Below are positions 53,572 through 64,000 of a stretch of DNA of 64,000 nucleotides, one piece after another (within the stretch, counting starts at the first letter, position 1; each line of letters opens with the position of its first letter). The notes below the pieces were generated by a model. The model ran no database searches, was not told where the DNA came from, and saw only the letters and a program-made list of their open reading frames with translations. A program made the translations under genes and the position numbers. The stretch is from an uncultured delta proteobacterium. Its GTDB lineage: Bacteria; Desulfobacterota; Binatia; UBA9968. Location: NCBI GenBank assembly GCA_963755715.1, contig CAVWLW010000001.1, positions 32,001 through 96,000 of the forward strand, given 5' to 3'.

Positions 53572-55487
53572 ATGGTTTTCTTCTGTGTTCTTCTATTTTT
53601 TATTTTGTTTCCAAGCTTTTCCCAGGGCGCGGACCCTGCGCCAGAACAAAGTCTTCCTCCGGTCGTTGTGACGGCCACACGCACGGAAGTTCCCCTCAAT
53701 CAGCTCACAACATCTCTGACCGTAATCACGAGTGAGGAAATTCGCGAGCGGCAAGCGGAACTCGTATCGGAGGTCCTGCGCGACGTCGCTGGCGTCAATG
53801 TCGTTCAAACAGGCTCCATGGGAACGGCCACTTCCGTTTTCATTCGTGGCTCCGACATCAAATCAGGTGTTGGTTTTGGTCGACGGTGTTGAAATAAACA
53901 GCACGACCACGGGTGCCTACGACTTCGCTAACCTGACCACCGAAAGCGTCGAGCGCATCGAAGTCCTCCGCGGCGCCGGTGGAACTCTTTACGGCTCGCA
54001 AGCCATCGGCGGCGTGATCAATATTATTACCAAAAGAGGACAGGGGCCGTTGGATGTGGGGGTATCCGCGCAGGGCGGCAACGGTTGGACCAACCGTCAA
54101 GTCGCAACCCTGAGAGGCGGCCTGGGTAAACTCGGCTATGCGTTCAGCGTAGGCCATATCGGGAGTCAAGGCTTCAGGAGCGTCAACGATGATTATCGCA
54201 ACCTCTCGACGTCGGCGCGGCTGGACTATCAACTGACAGAGAATGCCAGCCTCAAGGGTATCTTCCACTATATCAACAGCGATGCGGGGCTGTTCAATAA
54301 CAACAACTTCGCCTCCACACCCGACCCCAACGCTCGCCAGGCCACGACTCAATACGTGGGCAAACTCGAGTGGGAACAAAAAATCCTGGCGAACTGGGAT
54401 TACCGAATTTCCGGATCCATCTTCAAAGAGCATGACAAGTTTAGCGACGATGTCGATTCCTGCGTCTCTTTCGGCTTCCCCTGCGATTCGCGCACCCGCG
54501 ATTTCTTTCGCCCGCAAATCGTTAGCGGGGAATTTCAAACCAACTACCGCCTTGAGGATTGGAGCACTGCGACTTTTGGCGTCCAATACAATCGGAGGTC
54601 GGCCAGCACCAACGGTGGAATCGACGAAACCATCGGCAATGTCGGCTACTACCTGCAACAACAATTTCAGTTTCTCGATCGCAGCCTGATCATGATCCCG
54701 GGAATCCGATCTGGACGATAATCAACAGTTCGGCACCGCATGGACGCCATCGTTTTCCGCGGCCTATTTATTCAAGGAGATCGGCACCAAGTTGAAGGGT
54801 GGCTATGCCAGCGGTTTTAGAGCGCCGTCGTTGAACGAGCTGTTTTTCCCTGCGGGCTTCGGTTGCCCGGCCTTCGGTAATCCGAACCTAGGTCCGGAGA
54901 AAAGTTGGGAAATAAACTTCGGCGTCGAGCAGAGCCTCCTCGCCGAGCGACTTACAATGGGTGCGAACTATTTTCATCGCGAGGTGAAGGACCTCATCGA
55001 AGGGAGACCCATTCCCGGAGACCCATTTGGTTGTTTCCGCGCCGAGAATGTGGGGCGCGCACGTTTCGACGGCGTCGAGTTGACTTTGGGAATAAAGCTC
55101 TTCGAGGGCCTCACCTTGAACGCCAATTACACCTATCTCGACTGGGATACTGCGGATGGGACACTGCCGCGCCGGCCGCGCAATAGTGGGAACGTGATCC
55201 TGAATTATCTGCAGGATGCTTTGAACGTCAACCTCATCGTCAATATCGTCGGCCTCCGCGATGATTTTCGTGCCGCCTCGCCGTTTGGCAACACGGTCAC
55301 GGCCGGTTATGGGATTGTTGATCTGGCTTCATCCTATAGGCTTCCCTGGCGAAATTCCCTCGTAAAGGAAATAAGCCTGATTGGCAGGATCCAAAACCTG
55401 TTTAATAAAAGGTACGATCAAGCGGACGGGTTCCGCGCCCCGCCGTTAAACTTTTTGCTCGGCTTTCGCACTACTTTCGGGAGCTAG
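53572..55487 (+). CDS. btuB: TonB-dependent cobalamin receptor (frameshifts near 53855 and 54710)
   Basis: VVVTATRT, VLVLVDGV, VERIEVLRG..LYGSQAIGGVINIIT, GFRAPSLNEL, NPNLGPEKS; riboswitch context. Confidence 0.9.
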
Positions 55488-55536
55488 AGGTTTCGATCTC
55501 CGGCGTTGCGGTGGACCCTCGACGCTGGAGAGAGCA

Positions 55537-55857
55537 TTGGAAAAACAGATGATCGAAGTCACGGTGACCATCGACTTTGGACCGGCTGGTAAGCAACCGT
55601 TCGAAGCGATGGTCACTGTTTCCGAAAAGAGCACGGTACTCGAAGTCTTGTTGGAACGGCTGCCGGTAACGACGGCCCCTCGATATGGGATGGAACATTT
55701 CGTCGAGGAAATTGATGGAGTCAGAAACGACTTTGCCGCCGACTGCGGTTGGCGCTTTCAGGTTAACGGCCGTGGATCGAATGTTCCTGCCGAGCGCTAT
55801 CTCGTAAAGAACGGTGACTGGATCAAATGGCTCTACGTCGCCGGCTCCTGCTCTTAA
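55537..55857 (+). CDS. DUF4430 (transcobalamin-like beta-domain) protein
   Basis: STVLEVL, FVEEIDGV, GWRFQVNG, YLVKNGDWIKWLY. Confidence 0.8.
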   Translation: MEKQMIEVTVTIDFGPAGKQPFEAMVTVSEKSTVLEVLLERLPVTTAPRYGMEHFVEEIDGVRNDFAADCGWRFQVNGRGSNVPAERYLVKNGDWIKWLYVAGSCS

Positions 55858-55872
55858 ACGCGAATAACAGAA

Positions 55873-57473
55873 GTGAACGCACCCCGACCCAAAAATGCTC
55901 TGATGATCCTCGGCACGGCTTCCCACGTCGGCAAATCGATTCATTACGGCAGGCCTTGGGCGCGTGTTCGCCGACGACGGCTATCGGGTCGCGCCTTTCA
56001 AGGCGCAGAACATGTCGCTCAATTCCGCCGCAACATCCGGACGGTGGCGAGATCGGTCGTGCGCAAGCGCTGCAAGCCGAAGCCTGCCGCGCCATGCCTT
56101 GCGTGGAAATGAATCCCGTCCTGCTCAAACCTTCGACAGACACCGGCGCCCAGGTGATTTTATTGGGAAAGATCTGGGGACAAGTCACGGCGTCGGATTA
56201 TCACACCCGGCGCGTCGAGCAGCTTTTTCCCGAGGTGCTCGCCGCCTATAAACGGCTATACGCTAATTATGACCTAATCTTGCTCGAAGGCGCCGGTTCG
56301 CCGGCGGAGATCAATCTGCGCGAGCACGATATCGTCAACATGCGCATGGCCCATGCCGCCGATGCCGCCTGCTTGCTGGTCGGCGATATCGATCGCGGCG
56401 GCGTTTTCGCATCCCTACTTGGCACGCTGGAATTGCTCGAACCCGAAGATCGCGCCCGCATTCGCGGCTTTATCATCAACAAATTTCGCGGCGATGAATC
56501 GCTGCTGCGGCCGGGCGTCGCGATGATCGAGCAACCGCCTTGGCTTGCCTTGCGTCGGCGTGGTGCCCTTTCTTCCGATCTCGGCCTCGACGAAGAGGAC
56601 GGCGTCGCCTTGGAAGATCGCGCTTCAGCGGCGCGCCGCTGGAGAAATTTGGAATCGGGACCGGCGCGCGCGCTGCGCATCGGCGTCATCGCGCTGCCGC
56701 ACATGGCGAATTTTACCGACTTCGACGCGTTGGCACTGGAGCCTTCGATCTCGCTCGCATTCCTCGAAGCGCCCGAAGAAATGGCCGCGGCTGATCTACT
56801 CATTTTACCCGGCACCAAGCAGACACTTGACGATCTACACTGGCTTGAGCGGCGCGGTTTTGCCCAAGAGCTTCGGCGGCTCACTGAAACCGGTGTCCCG
56901 ATCGTCGGCATCTGCGGCGGCTTTCAGATGCTTGGAGTTTCCATCGATGATCCTCAGGGTATCGAGAATCAGGAGGAGCCCTGTAGCCGAACGGCGCTCG
57001 GTCTTCTGCCGGTGCGAACCGTACTGCACGCCGAAAAAACCGTGCGGCGTGTGCACGGCCGCTTGCGACAAAATTTTTTCCGTAGTGGCTCACCCGAGCA
57101 AGTTGCATTTGAAGGCTACGAGATCCACGTCGGTGAAACGCTCTACGAAACCGGAGCGTTTCCGCTAACCGATATTGAGCGCCAAGAAGCAACGGAACTT
57201 GTTCCCGACGGCGCCGTCAGCAAATCAGGCCGCGTCTTTGGCACCTACGTTCACGGCTTCTTCGACAACGACGATTTTCGTCATGGGTTCATCCAAGCCG
57301 CGCGCGCCGCGGTCGATCTCGCGCCCGCGGCCTCGTACGTGAATATCAACGCGGAGCGCGACGCGCGCATCGATCGCCTGGCAGATCACCTTCGAAAATC
57401 GTTGGATATGAATCTGATCAAGAGTTGGATTGTCGATCCATCCGCTGCGACAGTAGAAAAGTGGCGAGCTTAA
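55873..57473 (+). CDS. cobQ: Cobyric acid synthase (several frameshifts)
   Basis: [61 protein letters not shown]. Confidence 0.93.
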
Positions 57474-57478
57474 GGCTA

Positions 57479-58162
57479 ATGGCACGACCGATGAGGGCGC
57501 CATTCGCCACTCGCGTTGATCAAGATGCATTGATTGTGAGTTTTCTCGCGCCGGCTCGCGCTTTGAGCTGGGCTGTTCTCAACGGCGGATACTGTCACGC
57601 CGATCATGTCATCAATCACCATGTCAGTGGCGACGATCGCTGGTTCTGCGCCGAACCGCAGCGATGGCTGGAAAAATCGGCTTCGCGGCTCGCGCTCCAA
57701 GGCACGGTCGTCGCGATGGCCACTGCCGTGGAGATAAAAAACCTAGTCGAAGTTTCTCTCTTCGGCGGCGGCAAGAGAGTCACATGCTTCGCGACTGTAG
57801 GCTGCGGCAATGCGCTTTCGGTTGGTGACCCCGCATCTGTGGCAATCGAACAAACAGCGCCGTCGCCGCTCCACACCATCAACCTGATACTGACGATTCA
57901 ACCGGGACTGCGCGACGAAGCCTTGGTGGAAGCGATCCAGATCGCCACAGAAGGCCGCGTGCGCGCGCTCTATGAAGCGGGTATCCAGAGTTCGCTGTCC
58001 CATCTCGCCGCCACGGGCACGGGCACCGATTGCATTGCCGTCGTTTCTCTCGGTGCCGAACGTGAACGCTACTGCGGCAAGCATACTCAGCTGGGCGAAT
58101 TGATCGGCCTGGCGGCATACACTGCCGTTGGAAAAGGAATAGCAGCAACCTTTCACTCGTAG
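57479..58162 (+). CDS. cbiZ: Adenosylcobinamide amidohydrolase
   Basis: LSWAVLNGG, ATVGCGNA, TINL, ATGTGTDCI, GKHTQLGELIG. Confidence 0.88.
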   Translation: MARPMRAPFATRVDQDALIVSFLAPARALSWAVLNGGYCHADHVINHHVSGDDRWFCAEPQRWLEKSASRLALQGTVVAMATAVEIKNLVEVSLFGGGKRVTCFATVGCGNALSVGDPASVAIEQTAPSPLHTINLILTIQPGLRDEALVEAIQIATEGRVRALYEAGIQSSLSHLAATGTGTDCIAVVSLGAERERYCGKHTQLGELIGLAAYTAVGKGIAATFHS

Positions 58163-58173
58163 AAGTTGTCTTT

Positions 58174-59142
58174 ATGAATTCGCAAGTTTTTTGCAGTTCC
58201 TCGGCAGCGCTCCTGATCAGCGCGTTTCTCTTGGATCTCGCCGTCGGCGATCCACGCTGGTTGCCACATCCGGTCGTCTTGATGGGGAGATTTATTTCCC
58301 ATGGCGAGACTTTGCTGCGAAGTGGCAATCCACGTCGCGATTTCATCGCCGGCATGGCGCTGTCTTTTTTCGCGATCGCCATCTCGGTGTCAATCGCATG
58401 CGCACTCGTAGTGCTTTGTCGTTTGCTTCCTGATTGGCTGTTTTTTATCGCCACCTCTGCGCTGGCGTCGACCACACTCGCGACGCGGGGTTTAATTGAT
58501 GCCGTAAGGCGGATCGAAGCGCCGCTCCGCACCGGCGACCTAACGATCGCGCGCGAAAAACTCTCGCACATCGTTGGGCGTGAGACAGCTCATTTGAGTC
58601 AAGACAAAGTGCTGCGCGCCAGCCTCGAATCTTTGTCGGAAAGCACCTGCGACGGCATCGTGGCGCCGCTCTTCTATCTATTTCTCGGCGGTGTCCCGCT
58701 CGCGATGGCCTACAAAGCCGTCAGTACACTGGACTCCATGATCGGATACCGCACGGAACGGTATTTCTACTTTGGCAAGTTTGCCGCGCGCCTGGACGAC
58801 GTGATGAATTTTATCCCGGCGCGACTTACCGCTTTGTTCATCGTCATCGCCACGCTGGTGCTTCGTTTGACTCCGGCGCGCGCCTTGCGCGTCACATGGC
58901 GCGATCACGCTAACCACCTGAGCCCCAATGCCGGCTATCCCGAGGCGGCGCTGGCAGGCGCCTTCGGCATCCGACTGGGCGGTCCAAGTATTTACTTCGG
59001 CAAAGAAGTCCATAAACCTTACCTGGGCGACGACTCGACGCCGGTCAAAATCGAAATGCTAAAGGAGGGACGGATTTTATGTCTGGTCACGGCGATTCTC
59101 TCGCTCGCGACTTTCGTCCTACTGGCGATCGCGCGCTGCTAG
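58174..59142 (+). CDS. cbiB: Adenosylcobinamide-phosphate synthase
   Basis: GDPRWLPHPV, IVGRET, DGIVAPLFY, YKAVSTLDSMIGY, SPNAGYPEAA. Confidence 0.95.
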   Translation: MNSQVFCSSSAALLISAFLLDLAVGDPRWLPHPVVLMGRFISHGETLLRSGNPRRDFIAGMALSFFAIAISVSIACALVVLCRLLPDWLFFIATSALASTTLATRGLIDAVRRIEAPLRTGDLTIAREKLSHIVGRETAHLSQDKVLRASLESLSESTCDGIVAPLFYLFLGGVPLAMAYKAVSTLDSMIGYRTERYFYFGKFAARLDDVMNFIPARLTALFIVIATLVLRLTPARALRVTWRDHANHLSPNAGYPEAALAGAFGIRLGGPSIYFGKEVHKPYLGDDSTPVKIEMLKEGRILCLVTAILSLATFVLLAIARC

Positions 59143-60230
59143 CGCCACGCCTCGACAGAACTCACGGCGGCAATGTCGACGCCTGGGCGCGTAGCTCCGG
59201 CGTCGAAGTCGGCGAGCTGCTCGATTTCAGCGCCAGCATCAATCCACTGGGACCACCCTCTTCAGCACGCGAGGCTTTTGTGGAAAGCTACGCTGAAATC
59301 TTGCGCTATCCCGATCCCTATGGCGACAAACTGAAGGAAGCTTTAGCTGAACGCCATGGGTTGAGCCCCGCGGAAGTCCTTATCGGCAACGGTTCTACCC
59401 AACTTATTTATCTGTTATGCGCCGCCCTGCGCCCGCGGAACGCATTGATTGTTGGTCCGGCATTTTCCGAATATGCCAATGCTCTGACGCTCATCGGTGC
59501 CAAGGTCGCTTCGTTCAATCTTTCCCCCGATAATGGTTTCCAATTCTCAACGAAGCGGTTGAGCGCAGCTTGGGACAAAGATTGCGACATCGTCTTTCTC
59601 GCCACGCCCAATAGTGTCACGGGACAGATGATTCCCAAAGTCGAAATTGAAAAGGTTGCGCACATCGCTTTGGCGAGAAAAACTATACTCGTCATCGATG
59701 AAGCCTTCGTCGATTTTGTCGAGACGGAATCGATCAAAGCGCTGGTGCGGCGGAATCCCTATCTAATAGTTTTGCGCTCGCTTACAAAGTACTATGCCCT
59801 GCCGGGACTTCGGCTCGGCTATTTGCTCGGGGAAACCGGCCAAGTCGCCGAGCTCGCGGCTTATCAAGAACCCTGGTCCATCAATGGCCCAGCATTGAAT
59901 GTGGCGCTGGCGTCGCTTAAGGACTCGAGCTTCGCGACCAAGACCGAGCGTTGGTTGGAACGGGAAAAAAAGTTTTTGTTTGAGCGTCTGACGGCGCTCG
60001 AAGGATTGCATCCCTTGGCATCGAGAACCAACTTTTTGCTCGTCAAGATCGAGCGCGGCCACGGTGACGCCCTTCGGCTTCGTTCGTTTCTCCTGCAGAA
60101 AAACATACTCATCCGCGCCTGTGATACCTTTGGCCTCGGAGTCAACTATTTCCGCATTGCGATCAAACAGCGAAAAGACAACCAACGGCTCCTGGCGGCG
60201 CTTACCGAATGGACGTCATTGAGCGGATAG
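59079..60230 (+). CDS. cobD: Threonine-phosphate decarboxylase (exact start uncertain)
   Basis: HGGN, DFSASINPLG, IDEAF, RSLTKYYALPGLRLGY. Confidence 0.9.
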   Translation: MSGHGDSLARDFRPTGDRALLAPRLDRTHGGNVDAWARSSGVEVGELLDFSASINPLGPPSSAREAFVESYAEILRYPDPYGDKLKEALAERHGLSPAEVLIGNGSTQLIYLLCAALRPRNALIVGPAFSEYANALTLIGAKVASFNLSPDNGFQFSTKRLSAAWDKDCDIVFLATPNSVTGQMIPKVEIEKVAHIALARKTILVIDEAFVDFVETESIKALVRRNPYLIVLRSLTKYYALPGLRLGYLLGETGQVAELAAYQEPWSINGPALNVALASLKDSSFATKTERWLEREKKFLFERLTALEGLHPLASRTNFLLVKIERGHGDALRLRSFLLQKNILIRACDTFGLGVNYFRIAIKQRKDNQRLLAALTEWTSLSG

Positions 60231-60234
60231 TGGC

Positions 60235-60771
60235 ATGGCCAAGCAAATTATTTTAGTTACCGGCGGCGCGCGCTCTGGAAAGAGCAGATACGCCGAACAG
60301 CGTTCCACAGAGCTAGGCTCGCGGCGGCTCTATGTCGCCACGGCCGAAGCCAAAGACGAAGAAATGGCGCAACGCATCGCCGAACATAAAAAGCGGCGTG
60401 GCGATGAGTGGATTACCATCGAAGAAAGCGTGCAATTAACCGAAGTGCTCTTGGCGCAGCGCGGCCGGACAGATTGCGCGCTAGTGGATTGCATCACCCT
60501 TTGGCTGAGCAATCTTCTGCTCCGGCGCGATACAAAATATGCGGAGGAAAAAGTCGAAGAACTGCTGAAGATACTGCCGCGGCTGGATTTTCATCGCGTT
60601 CTTGTCACCAACGAAGTGGGCTGGGGCATCGTGCCGGACAATCCACTGGCGCGGCAATTTCGTGACCTCGCAGGCTGGACAAATCAACGACTCGCGGCGA
60701 TCGCAAACGAGGTAGTGTTTACCGTTGCCGGAATCCCCATGATCGTGAAGCAGGCAACTTCATGTCCCTAG
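60235..60771 (+). CDS. cobU: Adenosylcobinamide kinase / adenosylcobinamide-phosphate guanylyltransferase
   Basis: GGARSGKS, RIAEHKKRR, DCITLWLSN, VTNEVGWGIVP. Confidence 0.95.
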   Translation: MAKQIILVTGGARSGKSRYAEQRSTELGSRRLYVATAEAKDEEMAQRIAEHKKRRGDEWITIEESVQLTEVLLAQRGRTDCALVDCITLWLSNLLLRRDTKYAEEKVEELLKILPRLDFHRVLVTNEVGWGIVPDNPLARQFRDLAGWTNQRLAAIANEVVFTVAGIPMIVKQATSCP

Positions 60772-61817
60772 ACGAGACACTCAAGCAAATCCGCCCGTTG
60801 GCTCTATCCATCGAGCGCGTTGCGCAGGAGCGGCTCGACTCATTGACCAAGCCCCAAGGAAGCCTTGGAAAGTTGGAAGAGATCGCGCGCCGCATCGCTG
60901 TTATCCAAGGAAGAGTCCCGCCGCAGCTCGGTCGAAAACTTTTGTTCGTCTTTGCCGCGGACCATGGGATTACGCAGGAAGGCGTCAGCGCCTATCCGAA
61001 AGACGTCACGGCGCAGATGACTTACAATTTTCTCAACGGCGGCGCGGCGATCAATGTTTTAGCGCGCCATCATGGCGTCGAAACCGAAGTCGTCGACGTC
61101 GGCGTCGATTACGAATTTAAAGACGCATCCGGCTTGCGTAACCGCAAGTTGCGCCCCGGCACGGCGAATTTCGCACGCGGACCGGCGATGACACGCGATG
61201 AGGCGATACGTTCTGTGGAGCTCGGCATTGAGCTGGTTAAAGAGGCGGCTGCGAAGAGTCTTTTTCTCCTCGGTGCCGGTGACATGGGCATCGGCAACAC
61301 CAGCAGTGCCGCAGCCATTCTTTGCGCTCTGACTGGCGCCGCGCCCGCCGACGCGACCGGCCGAGGCGCGGGCATCAACGATGCGACTCTAAAAATAAAA
61401 ATCGCGGCGATCCAAAAGGGTCTCGATGTAAATCAACCCGATGCCAATGATCCCATCGACGTTCTCGCCAAGGTTGGCGGCTTGGAGATCGGCGCCATAA
61501 CGGGAGTTATTTTAGGCGCGGCGGCATTTCGTATCCCAATGGTGCTCGATGGCTTCATATCCGGCGCCGCGGCGCTGCTCGCGCAAAGATTTAATCCGCT
61601 CGTCCGAGATATTCTCTTCGCCTCGCATCTTTCCGCCGAAAGAGGCCATCAGTTGATGCTCGACCAGCTCAAGCTTGCGCCTGTCCTCGATCTTGAGATG
61701 CGCCTCGGCGAGGGCACCGGCGCTTGTTTGCTCATGGGTTTGATCGAAGCATCGGTAAAACTCATCGGCGAGATGGCGACCTTCGAATCCGCCGGCGTAA
61801 AAGAGAAACTTTCGTGA
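60762..61817 (+). CDS. cobT: Nicotinate-nucleotide--dimethylbenzimidazole phosphoribosyltransferase
   Basis: LTKPQGSLGKLE, FAADHG, MGIGNT, RLGEGTGA. Confidence 0.96.
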   Translation: MSLDETLKQIRPLALSIERVAQERLDSLTKPQGSLGKLEEIARRIAVIQGRVPPQLGRKLLFVFAADHGITQEGVSAYPKDVTAQMTYNFLNGGAAINVLARHHGVETEVVDVGVDYEFKDASGLRNRKLRPGTANFARGPAMTRDEAIRSVELGIELVKEAAAKSLFLLGAGDMGIGNTSSAAAILCALTGAAPADATGRGAGINDATLKIKIAAIQKGLDVNQPDANDPIDVLAKVGGLEIGAITGVILGAAAFRIPMVLDGFISGAAALLAQRFNPLVRDILFASHLSAERGHQLMLDQLKLAPVLDLEMRLGEGTGACLLMGLIEASVKLIGEMATFESAGVKEKLS

Positions 61818-62547
61818 GCTCATTTTTCGCCGCGCTGCAGTTTTTGACCATTATTCCATGGCCTAGGCGCGCGGAACTGTTCAGCTGATGAATTAGGACG
61901 AGCGACGATTTTCTTTCCCGTGATCGGCTTCTTGCTGGGTCTGACCTTAGTGTCTGGTGAATGTGTCGTTGAAATCGTTTGCCAGCCCAGTGCTCTCGAG
62001 TGTGGCGCTCGTAACCCTACTGGCTTGGCTGACACGCGGCCTGCACTTGGACGGCCTCGGCGATACTTTCGATGGCCTAGGCGCCGGCGGCGACCGTGAA
62101 CACATGCTGCGCGTCATGGACGACAGTCACACCGGCGCGTTTGGTGTGATTGCAATCGTTTTGCTGTTGTTCTTCAAAATCCACGCAATCGAGGCCATCG
62201 ACAGCGAGCGCTGGCGCGCATTGCTCGCCGTGCCGGTCCTCAGCCGTTGGGCGATGGTGCTGCTCGCCTACCGTTCCAAAGCGGCAAAGGAGGGACTGGG
62301 TTCGACTTTAATACATCACTTGTCGACGAAACATTTTTTCATCTCCACGTTCGTCACACTGCTCTTGGTTGCAGCAGTTTTGCGCGGTACCGGTGTCTTC
62401 ATGATGGCGTGGGTCGCCATCTTCAGCTTGGCGAGCAAGAATTATTTTCAGCGCCGCTTGGGTGGTGTGACTGGCGACACTTTCGGCGCCGTTGGCGAAT
62501 TGAGCGAGACCTCGGTATTCGTTTTCTTGGCTTTGGGCGCTAAATGA
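61814..62547 (+). CDS. cobS: Adenosylcobinamide-GDP ribazoletransferase (frameshift near 61955)
   Basis: ALQFLT, FFPVIG, TRGLHLDGLGDTFDG, MDDSHTGAFG, GGVTGDTFGA. Confidence 0.93.
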
Positions 62548-63461
62548 AACACTTTCAACGGCTGATTACTCTTCATCTACTGACCGTAAGCTTGTTCGTC
62601 TTGTGCAATTCCGCTTTTTTCGCGCATGCCGCATCTGCGCCCCGCTCGCAGAGAATCGTTTCCCTCGCGCCCAGCGTGACCGAGACCTTATTTGCATTGG
62701 GTTTCGGCAATCGTGTGGTCGGCGTGACGACCTACTGCGATTATCCCGCCGAGGCGCGTAAGCTTCCCAAGATCGGCGGCTTTATGAATCCCAGTCTCGA
62801 AGCGATCGCCGCAAAGCGACCGGACTTCGTGATCGGCGTCAGCAGCGCCACCGACCCGGTGAAGGCGCGGGAGATGGAACGCTTGGGTCTCAAAGTGACT
62901 CTGATCTCACTGGCGAGCGTGAACGACATTTTGAGCTCCATTAAAAGCATCGCGCGCTTGTTAGGAAGCCCCGAAGCGGGCGAAAAACTCGTCGACAAAA
63001 TCACCCTCCAATTCGACGAAATAAAAAAGCGCGTTGCTTCGGCGCCGCGTCGCACAACTTTATTGGCCGTGGGGCTACGCCCGCTGGTCGTAGTCGGCGG
63101 CAAAAATTTTATTAACGAGCTGATTTTTCTTGCCGGCGGTGAAAACATCGCCGGCAATGCCGATCAACCGTGGCTCAATCTACCGGACGAATATGTCGTG
63201 GCCAAAGCGCCGCAAGTGATCATCGAGGCCGGCATGGGATCGGAGCGCGGTGATTCCGCCAAACATTGGGGCGATCTCAAGTCCATTCCCGCTGTCAGGG
63301 AACACCGAGTTTACGCTTATCAGTCGGACAAGATTCTTCGGCCCGGGCCGCGCATCGGTGAAGGACTGGAAGAAATCGCTCGACTCGTTCACCCGGAGTG
63401 CTTCGCGGAAGCTAAACGCGGAGTCAATAAAGGAAATGGTTGTGAAGGTCCTCGACCGTAG
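62544..63461 (+). CDS. btuF: Cobalamin ABC transporter substrate-binding protein
   Basis: RIVSLAPSVTETLFALG, VGVTTYCDYP, IPAVR, RPGPR. Confidence 0.9.
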   Translation: MKHFQRLITLHLLTVSLFVLCNSAFFAHAASAPRSQRIVSLAPSVTETLFALGFGNRVVGVTTYCDYPAEARKLPKIGGFMNPSLEAIAAKRPDFVIGVSSATDPVKAREMERLGLKVTLISLASVNDILSSIKSIARLLGSPEAGEKLVDKITLQFDEIKKRVASAPRRTTLLAVGLRPLVVVGGKNFINELIFLAGGENIAGNADQPWLNLPDEYVVAKAPQVIIEAGMGSERGDSAKHWGDLKSIPAVREHRVYAYQSDKILRPGPRIGEGLEEIARLVHPECFAEAKRGVNKGNGCEGPRP

Positions 63462-64000
63462 GAAGATGATTTTCGTCAATGGCGTGCTGCTCGCGCTTTT
63501 GACGCTCTCGATGGTCGCCTGCACTCTTCTTGGACCAGTGCACCTCGATCTATCGCGAGCTCTGCGTGATTTATCTTTCGCGAATCCGGACGCGGAAATA
63601 CTTTTTCGTGCGCGTCTGCCGCGGGTGCTCCTGGGCGTCGCCATCGGCGGCGGGATGGCGGCCTGCGGCGTGGTGCTGCAGGCTTTGCTCGGCAATCCGC
63701 TCGCTTGTCCGCAGATGCTCGGTGTGTCGGGCGGCGCTTCCTTGGGCGGAATTTTGGGACTGATTCTTTTCCCCAATTGGCTTCTGCCCATCGCCGGCGG
63801 GCTGCTCGGTGAAATCTCCTGGGTCCCGTTGGCGGCGTTTCTCGGCGCGCTGTGCAGCATGACGCTGGTCTACCGCTTTTCTCTGTTCCATGGGCGGCTG
63901 CATCCCTATCACTTGCTGCTTTCCGGCGTGATTTTTAATTCCTTTATTGCCGCCGTGATCATGTTTCTCAACTCGATCATTGATTTCTATCAAGCGCAGG
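63436..64000 (+). CDS. btuC: FecCD/BtuC-family ABC permease, partial (runs off the window end)
   Basis: RLPRVLLG, GVVLQALLGNPLA, LGVSGGASLG, LLLSGV. Confidence 0.88.
   Translation, partial: MVVKVLDRRKMIFVNGVLLALLTLSMVACTLLGPVHLDLSRALRDLSFANPDAEILFRARLPRVLLGVAIGGGMAACGVVLQALLGNPLACPQMLGVSGGASLGGILGLILFPNWLLPIAGGLLGEISWVPLAAFLGALCSMTLVYRFSLFHGRLHPYHLLLSGVIFNSFIAAVIMFLNSIIDFYQAQ

Overview
Bacterial chromosomal window, GC-rich. Gene content suggests a deltaproteobacterium-like lineage, probably Candidatus Binatia; this is an inference from the multiple orphan NMT1-type binding proteins, LLM oxidoreductases and gene order. About 20 genes are split by single-base frameshifts, including the essential gyrA and yidC, so most breaks look like long-read consensus errors. 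Layout: (1) 1-15 kb, an accessory envelope/stress region (ppk2, SulP, small lipoproteins, DUF1622, DUF202, B12 radical SAM, DUF4410, DUF4105 plus a lipase-like lipoprotein) with several gene remnants. (2) 15-20.6 kb, a four-helix-bundle gene and small metabolic genes. (3) 20.6-29 kb, an exported-protein operon (cupredoxin, His-rich helical protein, DUF4331, TPR, RcnA-like Ni/Co transporter, signal-peptide truncated hemoglobin) divergent from a ChrR-like anti-sigma / ECF sigma / RskA-like trio, with twin AATCCAAA-N14-CGTA promoters between them. (4) 29-37 kb, LLM, racemase-fold protein, three orphan binding proteins, a cryptic UxxC selenoprotein glutaredoxin remnant, and thiD. (5) 37-50 kb, housekeeping gyrB-gyrA-gpsA-rpmH-rnpA-yidD-yidC-jag-ispG-proS-pyrF with no dnaA/dnaN/recF. 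(6) 50-64 kb, a corrinoid uptake/salvage locus with two cobalamin riboswitches (the second carries two ~80-bp repeat-hairpin insertions), a CobS paralog lacking the conserved motif, tonB, btuB, DUF4430, cobQ, cbiZ, cbiB, cobD, cobU, cobT, cobS, btuF and btuC. Intergenic regions contain several families of 6-9-nt-period repeat hairpins.
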